The position numbers and the translations under genes are program-made. This document shows positions 28,809-49,700 of a stretch of DNA of 64,000 bases, in pieces; the first letter of the stretch is position 1; the number at the start of each line of letters is the position of its first letter. Source of the stretch: Escherichia phage FL23; the sequence record PP400787; one strand, given 5' to 3'. The notes under the pieces are model-generated. The model did not search any database and was not told the DNA's origin. It was given only the letters and a program-made list of their open reading frames with translations.

Positions 28809-29442
28809 ACGCTTTTTTCATGGCCTCTGCGAGAGCCATATAGGCGTCATCGGCACTTGTATCGGCTTCCGCCGTCTGTGATTCGGTAATTTCCTTAGGA
28901 GTTACCCATGCATCTGGAGCACTTGGACCCCATACTGCATCAACACCTACAGTTAATTTGAATCCTTCGTTTACGATACGATAACCTTTATTTGTGTCAG
29001 TCAATGAACCTAATCCACGAGAAGAAACTCCTGGAATCCATCCGGCACGAATATTAGCTGCTAATTTATCTCCAGGACCATGGTCACCTTCAATAACACG
29101 AGCTCGTCCGTATACGTCATTTCCTTTCCACCACATATCTTCTATAATGATAGCGGCTTGCATCGGGTCAACATTAGCGCGTGGAGGATGATTTAATTCT
29201 CCGAGAGCTTGTTTAGTTAAAACTTGCTCATTAATATAGTCTTTTACCGCTTTTTCTAATATACGTTTTGGATAAAGACGTTTATTTCTATTGACGACTT
29301 CCGCTTGCATGAATATTCCTTCGATGTATAAACCAGGTTTTAAACCTAAGTCTTTTCCATCATGAGATTCAAGCATTGGTACGCCATCAATAATTTCGCC
29401 AGGTTGACCCCAAGTTTCAATTAGTAATTGGGGTTCATTCAT
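28804..29442 (-). CDS. 21: prohead core protease gp21
   Basis: 212 aa as in T4 gp21; synteny 21-22-23. Confidence 0.92.
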   Translation of the reverse strand: MNEPQLLIETWGQPGEIIDGVPMLESHDGKDLGLKPGLYIEGIFMQAEVVNRNKRLYPKRILEKAVKDYINEQVLTKQALGELNHPPRANVDPMQAAIIIEDMWWKGNDVYGRARVIEGDHGPGDKLAANIRAGWIPGVSSRGLGSLTDTNKGYRIVNEGFKLTVGVDAVWGPSAPDAWVTPKEITESQTAEADTSADDAYMALAEAMKKAL

Positions 29443-29867
29443 TAGCTTAATCCTAATGCTTTACGGCGTTTAAGAGCTTTTTTACGCTTACGCTGAGCAC
29501 GAGATTGACCTGCTGGATTGGCAATCTTCGTTTTGGTAGCTTTACGAGCAATTTGTCTACGTTTTGCTTTAGACAACCCGGTAGTTTGAAATGCATTACG
29601 TTCGCGGGTTTTGCGATCTTTAGTGCGAGTAATTTCACCACGGGCAGAAACATGTTTAACGATAAATTCATTTAACGGCATATTTTCATTAATAGAAGCT
29701 AATGCAACCGCTAAATCAGTTTCATCATCAAGCATATTCTCGACAATTGTATTTATATCGTCTTTATTTAAAGCGGAAGACAATTCGTCAAAGCGACCCT
29801 GTGCTTCAGGAATAAGTGCTTCGACATTCTCGAGAACTAATTCATGAGTTTCAGGGATCAGAAGCAT
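29442..29867 (-). CDS. 68: prohead core protein gp68
   Basis: 141 aa; synteny; basic C-terminus. Confidence 0.85.
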
Positions 29868-30105
29868 TATTCATCATCCTCGTCTTCGTCAGAGTCTTTG
29901 TCTTTTTTGTCGTCTTTATCATCACTATCTTCGTCTTCGTCATCATCCTCGTCATCAGGTTCTTCACCTTCGATTAAGAAATTACGAGCGATAGCGATTT
30001 TTTCTTCTTTAATTAAATCAGTCGTTCTTGCAGCCATGGCTTCAGCAAATAATTTACGAGCGGCTACGAGGTCGTTTGATTTAATAGCTTCAATTAAACC
30101 TTCCA

Positions 30106-30106
<1 letters not shown>
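29867..30106 (-). CDS. 67: prohead core protein gp67 (acidic)
   Basis: 79 aa with poly-acidic C-terminus ([13 protein letters not shown]...); synteny. Confidence 0.85.
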
Positions 30107-31731
<1,625 letters not shown>

Positions 31732-31763
31732 TTAAGCAGGATGGGGATTTCTCCCCATTCATT

Positions 31764-32255
31764 TTATTCCCAATAATCGAGAGCAAGAGTTACTTCAAAG
31801 GTTTGGATTTCATTGTTTGAATCCCAATCTAATTGAAGTTCACCCACGTTAGTAGGCCACAGACCTTTAATTTCAATTTCTTTTGTTACTGTTTTAGCAT
31901 CACGAGCATATTGACGAACAATAGCGCTCTTTTTATACTCTGCAGGTTTTCCACCAGTAATTTCGTTTCCTTGACCAGCAGCAATGCTTTGCCAATCAAC
32001 AAACTTCTGGCGAGCATCATGAGCTTCATCGTTCATTACTGTAACAGTCCAGTCATCGAATGTACGATCGCCTGCTACGTTAATTTTACGGTTCATAAAT
32101 CCAACTGGAATTTTTTCTACAATACCAGCTGGTAAAGCAGTGGCTTTACATTGGAATGTAAAATTTTGTCCAAGATAAGAAATTTCTACTTGGAATAAGT
32201 TAGGTCGAGCAAAATCACCAGATTCAAACGCTCGTGTTACATCATCTACAAACAT
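31764..32255 (-). CDS. 19: tail tube protein gp19
   Basis: 163 aa as in T4 gp19; two late promoters upstream. Confidence 0.92.
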   Translation of the reverse strand: MFVDDVTRAFESGDFARPNLFQVEISYLGQNFTFQCKATALPAGIVEKIPVGFMNRKINVAGDRTFDDWTVTVMNDEAHDARQKFVDWQSIAAGQGNEITGGKPAEYKKSAIVRQYARDAKTVTKEIEIKGLWPTNVGELQLDWDSNNEIQTFEVTLALDYWE

Positions 32256-32269
32256 ATTAGCCTCTGTAG

Positions 32270-32277
32270 TATTTATA
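32270..32277 (-). promoter_or_regulatory. late promoter (TATAAATA) for gene 19, proximal
   Basis: Plus-strand TATTTATA 15 nt upstream of gene 19 ATG. Confidence 0.55.
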
Positions 32278-32328
32278 TCCCTATGTTTAACCTAGGGCAT
32301 ATAGAATTAAAGAATTAAGGATATAGTG

Positions 32329-32336
32329 TATTTATA
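32329..32336 (-). promoter_or_regulatory. late promoter (TATAAATA) for gene 19, distal
   Basis: Second plus-strand TATTTATA in the 18/19 intergenic region, adjacent to a GGCCTG-CCGAAA-CAGGCC hairpin. Confidence 0.45.
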
Positions 32337-32371
32337 TGGCCTGCCGAAACAGGCCTTTAGAATGCACCGTA

Positions 32372-34351
32372 TTAACCAGCAAGACCAGTTAACTCATCGA
32401 AATCTGCACCAGTAGCAGTTGCTACGAAGTTCAAGGTAATGTAGTTAATGCTTCTAGCCGGTTGAATGTAGAATGTTGCAACAAACTCATTTCTATCAAT
32501 TACTGACGGAGTGTTATTTGTTGTATCGCAAACTACACGATATTCATAAATTCCACCGAGAGCTTTAATTCCCTGTAAGTATTGGGCAGTTTCTGTGCGG
32601 AATGATGAACGAGTAAACGCGTTGTTTAATTCGAACAAACGATATTTTGAACTACGTCCGATATTCGTTTTCAACATATTAAACAGACGACGAACGTTAA
32701 TACGATCAAATGGAGAAGGAACAGAAGTAGCTGTTTTATCACCATACAATACGTAACCATCACCACCTGTACCAGTTACTGGGTTGATAGCTTCTTGATA
32801 TAAACGGTCGCGCTGAGCTTGGCGAGTTTCAATAGCAAGTTTAATAACGTTAAGAATCTGACCACGATTATAACCAGCTGGAGACATCCAAGTCTGAGAA
32901 ACGTTATCAGTTCTCGCGCATAAACCAGCAATGTCAGCTGCTAATGGAACCCAACGATTCACATCATTATATTTGTCATACTGATATTTGTAGTTACCAT
33001 CAATTGCTGCGTAGGTTGAACTGATATTAAAGTTATTATCAGTGTATGAACCTGCTGCAGTTCTCCAGTTAACTAAATTATCTACTGCACGAGTTACAGG
33101 AATTCCAACTACAGTTTCACGCGGAGGTGAGCACAATACTAAGCAATCTTGACGAGCATCACCAATTGAAACAACATGTTTTTGGACAGTAGATGCTGTT
33201 TCAAGAGATTCACCGGCACAAGAACCAGCAATAAACAATTGAACGTCAACAGATTCACGGTCAGCAAAGAAGTCCCAAGCTTCCATCAAATCTCCTGATG
33301 TTACTTCAGCATTTGATGATAATCCACCAGACAGAGTTAAAATTCCAGAGAAGCCTTCTGGCCAGTTTTGTGCAGTTGCAAAAATATATTCTGAGCCGCC
33401 TTTTGCGAAAAAGTCATCGATATAGATGTTACTATCGTAAATATCTTTTTCACCACGCTTAGTTGAAAGAACAACGCTTTGAACAATAGCATCATTGCGA
33501 CGAACTATAATAGCGTACTGTGAATCAGTTTGCGGTCCATATCCAAACACTGCCTTGGCAGTAGATGCACGAGTACCACCACCTGGATAAATTGGGAGTA
33601 ATGCAGAAGCGCCTTTCGCGTAATCAGCTTTAGATACGATTTCGATTTCGATTTTATCGCCTAATTCGCCTGGATAAAGAGCTACTACTCCTGGAATTCC
33701 ATATTTTTTAAGATTTTCCTGAAAATCAACAGCTGTTATAGCAGCTTCAGCATTTTCAATTTCAGCTAATAAAATACCAGAATCAGTAATAATTTTTCCA
33801 AGAGTTATTACTGCAGCTAAACCAGAGGAAGACGAAGAAATTTCCGCAGTCCAGTTAGAACCTAGTGTTGGATATTCACCGACTTCTTTCGCTTTAGCGA
33901 TAATTTTTGCAGTAGGAATACTAATTTTCTTGATTTTTCCATCAGCATCTACTTCGGTGATTTTACCTTCAGTTTCAATATCATCTGAAACATATTTGAC
34001 CGTGATTTTATCTCCAACCGCATAGTTACTACCTGGGGTAGAAATTGTGTATTCAATATTACCAGCAATCGGAGATGAGTTTTTAGCGGTATCTCTATCG
34101 ACAGCGCGCACAACTCGCAAATCATTTCCATATTGTAAGAAATTCATTGCAGACATAAAATAGTCAGCAGTTTCAGCTGTAGGTTGACCAAAAGTATTAA
34201 CTAAATCTACTTCGTTTGTAACCTGTTTAATCTGAAAAGCAGGACCCCACTGGAATTTACCGGCCAAAGCTGCTGTACCAGTAGAGTTATTAACCACGGT
34301 GCTTTGAACCGTAGTTTCTTTGAGCTCAATGCCCGGAGATAATAAAGTCAT
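32372..34351 (-). CDS. 18: tail sheath protein gp18
   Basis: 659 aa as in T4 gp18; late promoter 34380-34387. Confidence 0.95.
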   Translation of the reverse strand: MTLLSPGIELKETTVQSTVVNNSTGTAALAGKFQWGPAFQIKQVTNEVDLVNTFGQPTAETADYFMSAMNFLQYGNDLRVVRAVDRDTAKNSSPIAGNIEYTISTPGSNYAVGDKITVKYVSDDIETEGKITEVDADGKIKKISIPTAKIIAKAKEVGEYPTLGSNWTAEISSSSSGLAAVITLGKIITDSGILLAEIENAEAAITAVDFQENLKKYGIPGVVALYPGELGDKIEIEIVSKADYAKGASALLPIYPGGGTRASTAKAVFGYGPQTDSQYAIIVRRNDAIVQSVVLSTKRGEKDIYDSNIYIDDFFAKGGSEYIFATAQNWPEGFSGILTLSGGLSSNAEVTSGDLMEAWDFFADRESVDVQLFIAGSCAGESLETASTVQKHVVSIGDARQDCLVLCSPPRETVVGIPVTRAVDNLVNWRTAAGSYTDNNFNISSTYAAIDGNYKYQYDKYNDVNRWVPLAADIAGLCARTDNVSQTWMSPAGYNRGQILNVIKLAIETRQAQRDRLYQEAINPVTGTGGDGYVLYGDKTATSVPSPFDRINVRRLFNMLKTNIGRSSKYRLFELNNAFTRSSFRTETAQYLQGIKALGGIYEYRVVCDTTNNTPSVIDRNEFVATFYIQPARSINYITLNFVATATGADFDELTGLAG

Positions 34352-34379
34352 TTTTAATCCTCTTTAATATGCTTTAATA

Positions 34380-37520
<3,141 letters not shown>

Positions 37521-37561
37521 GACTTCTCCTAATCTGGGCTTTAATTAGTTTATAATATTTA

Positions 37562-40753
<3,192 letters not shown>

Positions 40754-40762
40754 TTGTAATCC

Positions 40763-42313
40763 TTAGTAATGAATTTTAATAATATAGTTTAATGATATAT
40801 TCCATGGTCTAGTTTCATAACCAATTAATCCTTCACGATTAAGTGTACCAAGGGCATCTCTCGGTCCACCTAATTCAAATCCATCATTAGTGAAGTATGA
40901 AGCATTATCCCAGTCGGCATATTTTCTAGTTCCAAGATATCCTTGATAAACGGACGCGCCAAATGGAGCTTCATGTCTTTGGTATTCTCCCCAACCACCA
41001 GCATGTTTATGGTATGACATCTGTTGTGCTTGAACACCGCCAACATGCATTCCGTCACATCCTACACCAAGTCTATCCTTCCCGTAACCATCTTGCCCTC
41101 GTTGATTTAAAATATGACCACCAGTACCAGCTCCTCTGACGAAAAGACCTCGCATATCAGGAATGCCAGGATTATTCCAATCGCCACCAAATCTCGTTCC
41201 AACTGTGTTTCTATAATCAGGATATTGATCTCCTGACACGGTTCCACCATGACACATAATCCAACCAGGAGGAGCTGAATCTCCAGCAAACATCATAATA
41301 GTTCCAACTGGAACCCTTTCGGACGCATATCTTTCAGTGGCAACAGGTTGATCGCCATTTTTCCACATTCCGCCGCGTGACCAAATTCCATTTGCTGTGA
41401 GATGATCTAAATTTAAAGAACCATTAATAGTTTGTCCACCACGAGTATTAATTACATCTGCGTTCCAGGCTAATGCACCAGAGCTATCACCTTCAGGAGC
41501 AATACCAGCTTGCGTCGTTAATTTTACTACCCCACGCATAGAACCGGTAGCTCCTCGACCATTTAGTGTTTCACCTGTTACTGCAACATCCCCCAAATTA
41601 TTATTAATTTCTGCTTGTGTTCCTAGACGTATAACACCTTTATATTCTTGTGTTGCAACAGAATTCATAAAGGTATACGGGGAAATTGCATATCCTTCAC
41701 GGAGAGTTCCTTGACGAGTTTGAGCGACAGTTGATAACTGAACTACACCTCTAACAGATTCTGATGCTGTGTCTTCTGAAGGAGCTATTTGCGAAATTAA
41801 TTTTATTGCGAGTTTTTGGGTTTTCAACGGAGTCATCGCCGTAGTATCATCTATACCAGCCAAAGCCGCAGGAGTAGATGATATTTTAATAACTCCATTT
41901 GATGATTCAGATGAATACCTATTTTGGAATACATCGTCAGTATGGTATTTCAGTTTTTGCGGCGTTATTGATGAATTATTATCTGAGCCTTCTAAAGTTT
42001 CTTCATTTGTTGAATAGCGCGTTAATCCATATTTAGTTTCAGTAGCATTTGGATACAATAATCTTGTTGCTAATGTAGCTGGTGTAACGATTTTAGAATT
42101 ATTTGTTCCATCTAAAACCTCTTGCTCTGACGCAATCATTGCTATTCCTTTAACTTCCATAGTTGCATCAGGAATACCATTTACGCCGATATTACTTATT
42201 TTTGATAATGCAGACTGCACCGTCGTAACAGTGTCAGGAAAATTCGATCCTACTGGATCGAATTTAACATATTTTGATTCATTTGATACGTGCTGATATG
42301 TATTATTACTCAT
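40763..42313 (-). CDS. 12: short tail fibre protein gp12
   Basis: 516 aa; N-terminus [13 protein letters not shown] and C-terminal region (SYHKHAGG...NISLNYIIK) match gp12; central region appears diverged from T4 as I recall it. Confidence 0.88.
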   Translation of the reverse strand: MSNNTYQHVSNESKYVKFDPVGSNFPDTVTTVQSALSKISNIGVNGIPDATMEVKGIAMIASEQEVLDGTNNSKIVTPATLATRLLYPNATETKYGLTRYSTNEETLEGSDNNSSITPQKLKYHTDDVFQNRYSSESSNGVIKISSTPAALAGIDDTTAMTPLKTQKLAIKLISQIAPSEDTASESVRGVVQLSTVAQTRQGTLREGYAISPYTFMNSVATQEYKGVIRLGTQAEINNNLGDVAVTGETLNGRGATGSMRGVVKLTTQAGIAPEGDSSGALAWNADVINTRGGQTINGSLNLDHLTANGIWSRGGMWKNGDQPVATERYASERVPVGTIMMFAGDSAPPGWIMCHGGTVSGDQYPDYRNTVGTRFGGDWNNPGIPDMRGLFVRGAGTGGHILNQRGQDGYGKDRLGVGCDGMHVGGVQAQQMSYHKHAGGWGEYQRHEAPFGASVYQGYLGTRKYADWDNASYFTNDGFELGGPRDALGTLNREGLIGYETRPWNISLNYIIKIHY

Positions 42314-42969
42314 GCTATTCTCTCAAAATAATAAAATACTGTAGGTTGTGTGTGACTATCTAACGTGACAGTTTGCGCACCTAATAATTGCCAAGTTCCA
42401 TATCCAGGTTTAGAAGGAGAAATTATTTCTTGTTTGAAAGTAATTCCTTTATCAGAATATTGCTCTAAGATATGTTCTTGGTTATCTAAATACTTAACTT
42501 GTATTTTATTTCCTATTGTAGGATGGTCTTCAAATGAATCAATTGCAATAAATTTTGCAACCATTTCCTGTAGAGCTGTTCTAACGGCACTGGTAAATTC
42601 AATTGAAGTCATTCCATTAGTAGCTTTAACAGGAATGCCAAACATGTTAACAATAACTGGGTCACCCGGTTTGGCTGAAGTATCAGTAACAGTTCCTTCA
42701 AATGACCAATAGTCGGTTTGTTGTACGCCAGTAGGAGATACGCCGCTTATATTAATTAATACAGCTCCAACCTGTTGCTCTGCCATATTTCTAACATCAT
42801 TGATAGCAGATTCTACATTTGGGTCATAAAAACCTTTTGCTATTTGTGAAATTGTTACAGCACCTACCGGCTGATTATTCATAACCGAAATATCATTTTT
42901 CTTAGTTCTAAAACCAAGAAAATCTGCTAAGCGGGAAATAACTCCCGCTTTATTATTAAGTAAACTCAT
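42310..42969 (-). CDS. 11: baseplate wedge / short tail fibre attachment protein gp11
   Basis: ATG at 42969 (TAATG overlap with gene 10 stop) gives 219 aa starting [13 protein letters not shown]. Confidence 0.88.
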   Translation of the reverse strand: MSLLNNKAGVISRLADFLGFRTKKNDISVMNNQPVGAVTISQIAKGFYDPNVESAINDVRNMAEQQVGAVLINISGVSPTGVQQTDYWSFEGTVTDTSAKPGDPVIVNMFGIPVKATNGMTSIEFTSAVRTALQEMVAKFIAIDSFEDHPTIGNKIQVKYLDNQEHILEQYSDKGITFKQEIISPSKPGYGTWQLLGAQTVTLDSHTQPTVFYYFERIA

Positions 42970-44774
42970 TATGCAATCCTTATCCAACGGTATACAGTAA
43001 TAGACGGTTGAATATTACTAATATTAGCAGGAGGAGTATGTGAAGAGTTTGTTGTTGCGTAGTCTTCACGATATTTTGTATATATAGGACCAGTTTCGTC
43101 TGGGTCATATTGACATCCTCCAATAATAACTGATCCATTTTCGTCTTCAATTAAAACTCTTTCATCAGTTTTAGTCGCAGGAAGATTTGCGTTTTCAAGC
43201 GTTACTGATGTTGTACCAACTGTTCCACCGGCGGTATGTGAAGGATTTCCGCTAGAATCTAAATCATTATTGTTTAAAGCAAAGTTTGGATCCGTAACAT
43301 CATCATTCCATCCTACTAAAACCTGCCCTTTACCAAATAATTTCCATGAACCAAATCCCATATAAGTCACTGGATTATTTGGATTTATAGCATTTTCATA
43401 AATTGAACCAACAGGATAAATGCTGTCGAAAATAGATGATATTGAATTATACGTTCTAGTATAAGAATCAACTTTTTCAACATTTGGCCAACCGATTTTA
43501 TCAAAATCTGTTAAGGCTACATCACCAGTAACTTCAGTAGATGATCCTTTACTAACATAACGGTCATCAGTTAATTCAATAATGTCATCTTTTTCTAAAA
43601 GAGTTCCTAAATCATTATTGAACCATGTTATAACGATTATATCGCCAGATTCAAATTTTCTATCAAATAAAAGACTGACAGGTTTTCCATCTTCATATTC
43701 TATAGAATAATCTGTATTCGATTCTTTCCATTCACCACCAAGAGATATACATCCTGCTTGCGTATCTGAATTAGCACCTTCACACAAAAACAGAGGATAT
43801 CCGGCTGTTCCAGCTTGTTGTTGTAAAATTCCATTAAAACGAACTTCAAGAGAATTAGGATTAATAGGTTCTCCAGGAATTAATCCAAATGCAGAGAATG
43901 GAATTGATTTCATTGTTGATAAATCAGTAACGTAAATACTTCCTTCTAAAGAAGTTTTTGACGTTAATTTTGAATCTAATACTTTTATTTGGCGTCTTGT
44001 ATATGAACTTCTCCATTGTGATACACCATCCATAAATGTTTCAATTTGAACAGTGTCACCAATATTACAAGGCTGTCTTAACCTAATATTAAATCCATCA
44101 AGAGGAATCAATTCTCCTTCATTTTCCCCAGGAGAGCCAAAGTCACTGTTTTCACTAAATACATCGCCATAATATAATTCATTACCGCGGTGTTTTACTC
44201 GGATGTTATTAACATTATAGCTAGTTCCACGGAAAACATCTAAAAAGTCTGTTTGCCCTTGAACTTCGACTAAAAATTCTTTACGTGCTACATTACTAAT
44301 ATCTGAACTAATAATTTTGTCAATTTGTTTGTTTTTGACATATTCCCAACGTCCTGGAGCACAATAAACTAACTCTAAATCGCTAAATTGGACATTAATT
44401 TCAACTGATGACGATGATCCTTTAATAGTATCACCAGAAGCGGCTACTAGAGTAACTGGATTAACATTCCATGTTGCAAATACATCCCTAGCTTTAATTA
44501 CTTTATTATAATCATTAACGGTTCCTTTAGGAAGTTGCAGAGTTACTCTTCCAGATGAAGTGTTAATGGCATATGATTTTCCCCATTCTGCTGTTAATGT
44601 TTGTCCTGATGAAGCATTATAAGTTTTCCAGGCACCAGCTGAATATGGAACATCACCGTCACCAAGCTCGTAATAAAGCTCATCAAAGTTTTCATTTATT
44701 TTTATACCACCTTTACGCAGGTAGTCACCGGTACCATCATCTACAACATTACCGATATTAATATTTTGTTTCAT
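42969..44774 (-). CDS. 10: baseplate wedge protein gp10
   Basis: 601 aa; synteny. Confidence 0.9.
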   Translation of the reverse strand: MKQNINIGNVVDDGTGDYLRKGGIKINENFDELYYELGDGDVPYSAGAWKTYNASSGQTLTAEWGKSYAINTSSGRVTLQLPKGTVNDYNKVIKARDVFATWNVNPVTLVAASGDTIKGSSSSVEINVQFSDLELVYCAPGRWEYVKNKQIDKIISSDISNVARKEFLVEVQGQTDFLDVFRGTSYNVNNIRVKHRGNELYYGDVFSENSDFGSPGENEGELIPLDGFNIRLRQPCNIGDTVQIETFMDGVSQWRSSYTRRQIKVLDSKLTSKTSLEGSIYVTDLSTMKSIPFSAFGLIPGEPINPNSLEVRFNGILQQQAGTAGYPLFLCEGANSDTQAGCISLGGEWKESNTDYSIEYEDGKPVSLLFDRKFESGDIIVITWFNNDLGTLLEKDDIIELTDDRYVSKGSSTEVTGDVALTDFDKIGWPNVEKVDSYTRTYNSISSIFDSIYPVGSIYENAINPNNPVTYMGFGSWKLFGKGQVLVGWNDDVTDPNFALNNNDLDSSGNPSHTAGGTVGTTSVTLENANLPATKTDERVLIEDENGSVIIGGCQYDPDETGPIYTKYREDYATTNSSHTPPANISNIQPSITVYRWIRIA

Positions 44775-45640
44775 TATTGAGCCACCCCAATTTTCTGCGT
44801 AGCGATAACTTTAACTGCTGCTCTCATACCGACAGTTGAAGAACTTATAGTCGCCGTTACGTAATTTTCTTTAATACTAAATGCAATATTAGCGATTTCG
44901 TCTTCTTCGGTTTCATTCCCAACTCGCATGACAGCATATTCAGAAGAAATTACCTCTGAATTGACAGTATCCACAAGAATATTTATTTCTGCTGTTTTAA
45001 TTTTTCTTCCATCTACCGATTGGCACGTAACTAGCAATTTAGCCATATTGTATTCAGTGCGATGAAATAATGGAATGTCAACTGATCCAGATGTAGAAAT
45101 ATTCCATGTACCTTCAGCTGGTGATTCCTTTTGTCCAAACATACTTTCAATAGAATAATTCCAAACCGACGTAGAATTATCAGATGAAATACAGCGTAAA
45201 GTAACTTTACTATATGGGCTAGTTACTACTAAATTACCTGAAACACCTTTAATTGAATCAATAGCTTGAATTGTCAAAGGATTAGTAACTGATATTGATC
45301 CATTAGAGTTAATGAATTCAACGCAGTCGCCAAGTTCGCCTCTTTCAATGATAACTTTAACACCTACAGTAGAGGTATCAATATCATGCCTAGTGCCAAC
45401 TTTTACTGGAGTTGCGTACTCTGCAATAGAGTGTTTTTGATAATATCCAGTAGCATGGATAATTTGGCCATCTGCTCCAGTGCCATTTGCTACTGCCATT
45501 TTACGTTGATCGCCAAACGCATTATAAATTGCGTTAAAATCACTATTAATTTTATTACCACCGTCGAATAAGATATCACCAGTAGAAGCGTTACCAATTT
45601 CGCCGGTATCAATCAATTTCTTTGGTTCTTGAATGAACAT
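44774..45640 (-). CDS. 9: baseplate wedge protein gp9 (long tail fibre socket)
   Basis: 288 aa as in T4 gp9; late promoter 45665-45672. Confidence 0.9.
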   Translation of the reverse strand: MFIQEPKKLIDTGEIGNASTGDILFDGGNKINSDFNAIYNAFGDQRKMAVANGTGADGQIIHATGYYQKHSIAEYATPVKVGTRHDIDTSTVGVKVIIERGELGDCVEFINSNGSISVTNPLTIQAIDSIKGVSGNLVVTSPYSKVTLRCISSDNSTSVWNYSIESMFGQKESPAEGTWNISTSGSVDIPLFHRTEYNMAKLLVTCQSVDGRKIKTAEINILVDTVNSEVISSEYAVMRVGNETEEDEIANIAFSIKENYVTATISSSTVGMRAAVKVIATQKIGVAQ

Positions 45641-45664
45641 AGCGGTTTCCTTATGAGTTTATAG

Positions 45665-45672
45665 TATTTATA
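45665..45672 (-). promoter_or_regulatory. late promoter (TATAAATA) for gene 9
   Basis: Plus-strand TATTTATA 25 nt upstream of gene 9 ATG. Confidence 0.6.
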
Positions 45673-45700
45673 AAGAAAAAGGGAGCCCATGGGCTCCCTT
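45670..45700 (-). terminator. rho-independent terminator after gene 8
   Basis: Palindrome GGGAGCCC/ATGGGCTCCC followed on the minus strand by TTTTTCTTTAT; overlaps the gene 9 late promoter. Confidence 0.65.
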
Positions 45701-45703
45701 AAT

Positions 45704-46708
45704 TTAAAATGTAAACAGAATATTGATTTCTTCTGTCTGATCCATTGCCATAATAATAGGTGGCCTATTTTCCATATAAATCATTTCGCCCGAATGCCTC
45801 ATTAAATCTTCCGGATCATAATAATCCTTTTCAGCTTTAACGTTTGGGTCATTTGGATGAGCTTTAGCTTCAAGAGGATTCGTGATTATTGATATTTGTC
45901 TAAATCCTTTATTTCCTGGCAATGCAGCTTCAGGAAAATAAACTGAATCTAAATATGCTTTAAAACGGACAGTATTTGCCTTAACACGGTAAATTAATCC
46001 AAAATCATCTTGCTGCCAAGTGAGATTATCTTCATACCCCCATCTAGTCGGGTCTTCTTTTAATTCCTCAGGCCAAGGAACCACGATATATTCATTCGTG
46101 CATCTATTTATAGATACATCAGGCGGAATCTCAAATAGATATTCCCACACATACCCGTCCCCAGGTTCAATTGTTCCTTCAGCATCTCCTCGACCTTCAG
46201 GAGGAGTCATTGACCTAGCAGAAGGAGTCCATTTTCCACCTAACTTAAGGCATTCATCCTTATCAGTTAAAGATGCGATTGAACACATTCCGGTATCAGG
46301 AACATCTAAACAACGATATACTAACCAGCCTGCGCCTGATTCAGTAGCGTTGTAAGGAGCTGAGTTACACACTACAATATCGTTAATTCTAAATGTGTAT
46401 GGATCCGGATATCTAGTATCTCCCCAATCTCTGCGAGGAATAACAGCATCAAGCATTGATGGAAGAACCTTTACTGTTCCCATCATATGCGTCCACATGT
46501 CAGTTACGCCTAATACAGAATCAGTTGGATAAGGTGGGGCAAAGCCCACCTCATTTTCATTTGATGACCACGGTTCTGATCTTCCAAATGTGATAAAGAT
46601 AGTGTTTTTATCCGGACCACTTCCAATTGAATTATAAAAATTCAACATTTTTTCTGTTCTAAATTTTGAAGTAACTATCGCACGATAGATAACACTTGAA
46701 TCATTCAT
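45704..46708 (-). CDS. 8: baseplate wedge protein gp8
   Basis: 334 aa as in T4 gp8; terminator downstream. Confidence 0.9.
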   Translation of the reverse strand: MNDSSVIYRAIVTSKFRTEKMLNFYNSIGSGPDKNTIFITFGRSEPWSSNENEVGFAPPYPTDSVLGVTDMWTHMMGTVKVLPSMLDAVIPRRDWGDTRYPDPYTFRINDIVVCNSAPYNATESGAGWLVYRCLDVPDTGMCSIASLTDKDECLKLGGKWTPSARSMTPPEGRGDAEGTIEPGDGYVWEYLFEIPPDVSINRCTNEYIVVPWPEELKEDPTRWGYEDNLTWQQDDFGLIYRVKANTVRFKAYLDSVYFPEAALPGNKGFRQISIITNPLEAKAHPNDPNVKAEKDYYDPEDLMRHSGEMIYMENRPPIIMAMDQTEEINILFTF

Positions 46709-49700
46709 CTATTTTAACCTGTGTTGGATTTTCAGGGTCTCTTGGATTTCCTATATTATCTTTTAGACGTTTATTAACTAAATCTCTAAATTGCGCAAAT
46801 GTTGTTCCAGATGCATCAAATAAAGGACTCATTAATTTACGTCGTTCAGACGGCAATTGACCTTGAAACATTGAATTATTATTTTCAGCATTATAGTCAT
46901 CAGGAAGAGGATATTCTACACCAGCCATTGGGCCAGGCTCATAAATTGCTTCGCCTGTTACTGAATCATGCTCAATTTCACCGGTTGGAGTTAATTTAGC
47001 TACTCTATCAGCATATTCAGTAGGTAATCCAGAATCCCATTTATAGTTTTTGTATTTATTAATTATAGTCTCTGTATGTTTAAGAGTTAAACCAACATTA
47101 ATAAACATCGTTAAAAGGGTAATTGCTATAAATCCAAATCCTACTGGATGAACAAAACGAATAACGTCAGATTTCCAGCGGGAAGAAGGTAAATTGGATT
47201 TAATTTTCATTACATAGTATGATCTACTTCTATTAATATAGTCTATATTGTTTTGAAGCAAATCCTTTCCTTTAACTCCACGAATAATTTCGCCTTCAAA
47301 ACTAGGAAGTCTTTCTGCTTTAACTTCTTGACCAGCAATTAATCTTCCCAAAAGATTATGAATAGTTACGGTCCATTGCAATTTACCATTAGAATAACTT
47401 CTTTCTATATAAGTAACATTACATCTTCCTGTTGCTGTATAAATCGTTTGTCCTACTAAATCTTCAGTCAAAGAATCAGATTGAACGATTATATCATATT
47501 CAGTACCAGCCCCAGATTCAATTTCAATTTCAACTTCTTCATTATAAAGAACTTTAAAAAGAAACTTGTATGATGCTTCAATTCCTTTAGTAGAATAAAA
47601 ATCATAGCTACGTGATTCAAAGAATCTCGCAACAGCATCACGTTTATCAGCATTTAAATAAATGTTTCTTTTATATATCTCTGACCACAAATATTCCCAT
47701 GCATGCTCTTCTCGTGGATACTGATTACGAATTAAATTTCGTAAATTATTATACTGAGTTCCATATCCGTCAGAAAGATATTGAATATATGCTTCGCAAA
47801 ATGACTCAAAATTCGAATCCTGCAACAAATAAGAATCAGGCATCATTGTGCCAATTAATGGTCTTAAATCTGGGTCAGCTAATCCATGCTCTTCTTCTGG
47901 TGACCAAGGAGTCTCATGCTCTTGGTTTTGTAAAAATGCTTTTAAAAATACTTCAGTTGGCTTCCAAATAATTTCTACTGTATCTCTCACGCGATAGTTA
48001 AAATCATAGTAAGAAATTATTTCACCAGAGGCTTTATAGAAAAGCATCCCAGATGCATATTTTTTAAATCCAGTGAATTTAACATTTGGCATTACTATAG
48101 TACAATCGCCATCATCCCAGTATTCATGAACTAATCTATCTGGTGATGTTTCCGGAATATTTTCTATAACTTTAGTGTATTTTAAATCAGCATAAACTAC
48201 TACAGCTCTATCAGAGTTGTTTATCCAACAACGTGTGTTAGATTTTTTAGACCAGTTAAAGAACGGTTCTGCGTAGTATTTCATTGGTTGAGGAGTAAAA
48301 GTCTCCCAATCAGATTTTTCATCCGCTATAAATGCCATCATATGATAATGCTTATCAGCTAGCCATTCACGAGGAAATTCATATTTAACGGCACCGATTA
48401 ACTGATATTTTGCTACAGTTTCAGGGTCATTAACAACATTATCACTTAAAAATTTAAAATTACTCGAAGACAGAGAAACTAATTTACCGTCAGTTGACAT
48501 ATTCGCATATCCGGGTTGAATACGTCTTCTTTCTTCTTCGGTATTACCAAAAACTCTTTTCCATGTTTTTTCGTCATGATTTAAAACATATATTCCTTTA
48601 TCAGCGGAATCAATTATTTTTGATGTTCTCGGATTGGCATTTAATGTTTCAACTTCTCCAATAATAAGAGCAAAAACTTTATCACCGATAGAATCCATTT
48701 TATAGCATACTGCTTTAGGATTTCCGGTTATAGTCATAGTATCAGGTTCAAAAAGTCTTTCCGAATATGTTGGAGATAATGGATCAGAATCTATAGGTGC
48801 ATTACTCGTTTTTATGTATCTAACTTTGTCTCTGGCGACAACGTAAATGTAATCATCGGTGCAAGTAATAGCTTCTGCAATGCGGTATACATTCGCTGGT
48901 AAAGTCGCATAAGTGGCAAAAATTTCTACATCAAATCCTAGATGCAATTGGTCACCAAGTTTAGCAAATGTTATATCCTGTGAACTAAATCTGACATCAT
49001 CAGCTGACCATCTAACATCAGTAGATTTACGGCCGTAGAAAATCTTGTCGTATCCTAGAACGTATGTTGTGTTTGCAGATTGGTAATATACTGTCTTAGA
49101 TAAAGGATATCCTACACGGTCATTGAAGAGCTTTACAGCTTTCCAAGTTTGTCCTTTATCATTAGATACTTTAACTACGGGTTGATAGCGCTCAAAAAGA
49201 TATAGAATCCCTTCTGATTCCATCAAATAAACACGGTTAATATCCTTACATACCTGCTGAATAGAACCTTGTATTTCATGATACTCATTTTCACCAATAA
49301 TAAAATTACTTATTGATGAAACATCAACATATGATGGACTGAATTGGAACGATTCATTCATCAATGCAGCCATTATAGTGTCATTGTTAAAATTAACATA
49401 ATCAGAATTATTAAGAGTAAATTTTTCCTGAATGAATTTATTGGCTAATTGCATTTCAATCATGTTTTGAAATGTATAAGCATTTGTAGCAAAAGTTTCA
49501 AACTCTTCGGTATAAATCCAATCAGACTGCTCAAAATCTTGCGCAGCTGTAGCTACTCTGATAATGTATGATGTCAATGGGTCAGCATCATCAAAAAAGA
49601 AGCTGTTATTTGCAGTATATCCTAAGTTAATCCATCTGTATTGATTACTCGGGAGATTTTCCCCCGAGTTCGTTTTTGTCTCAGCGATTTCTACAAAATA

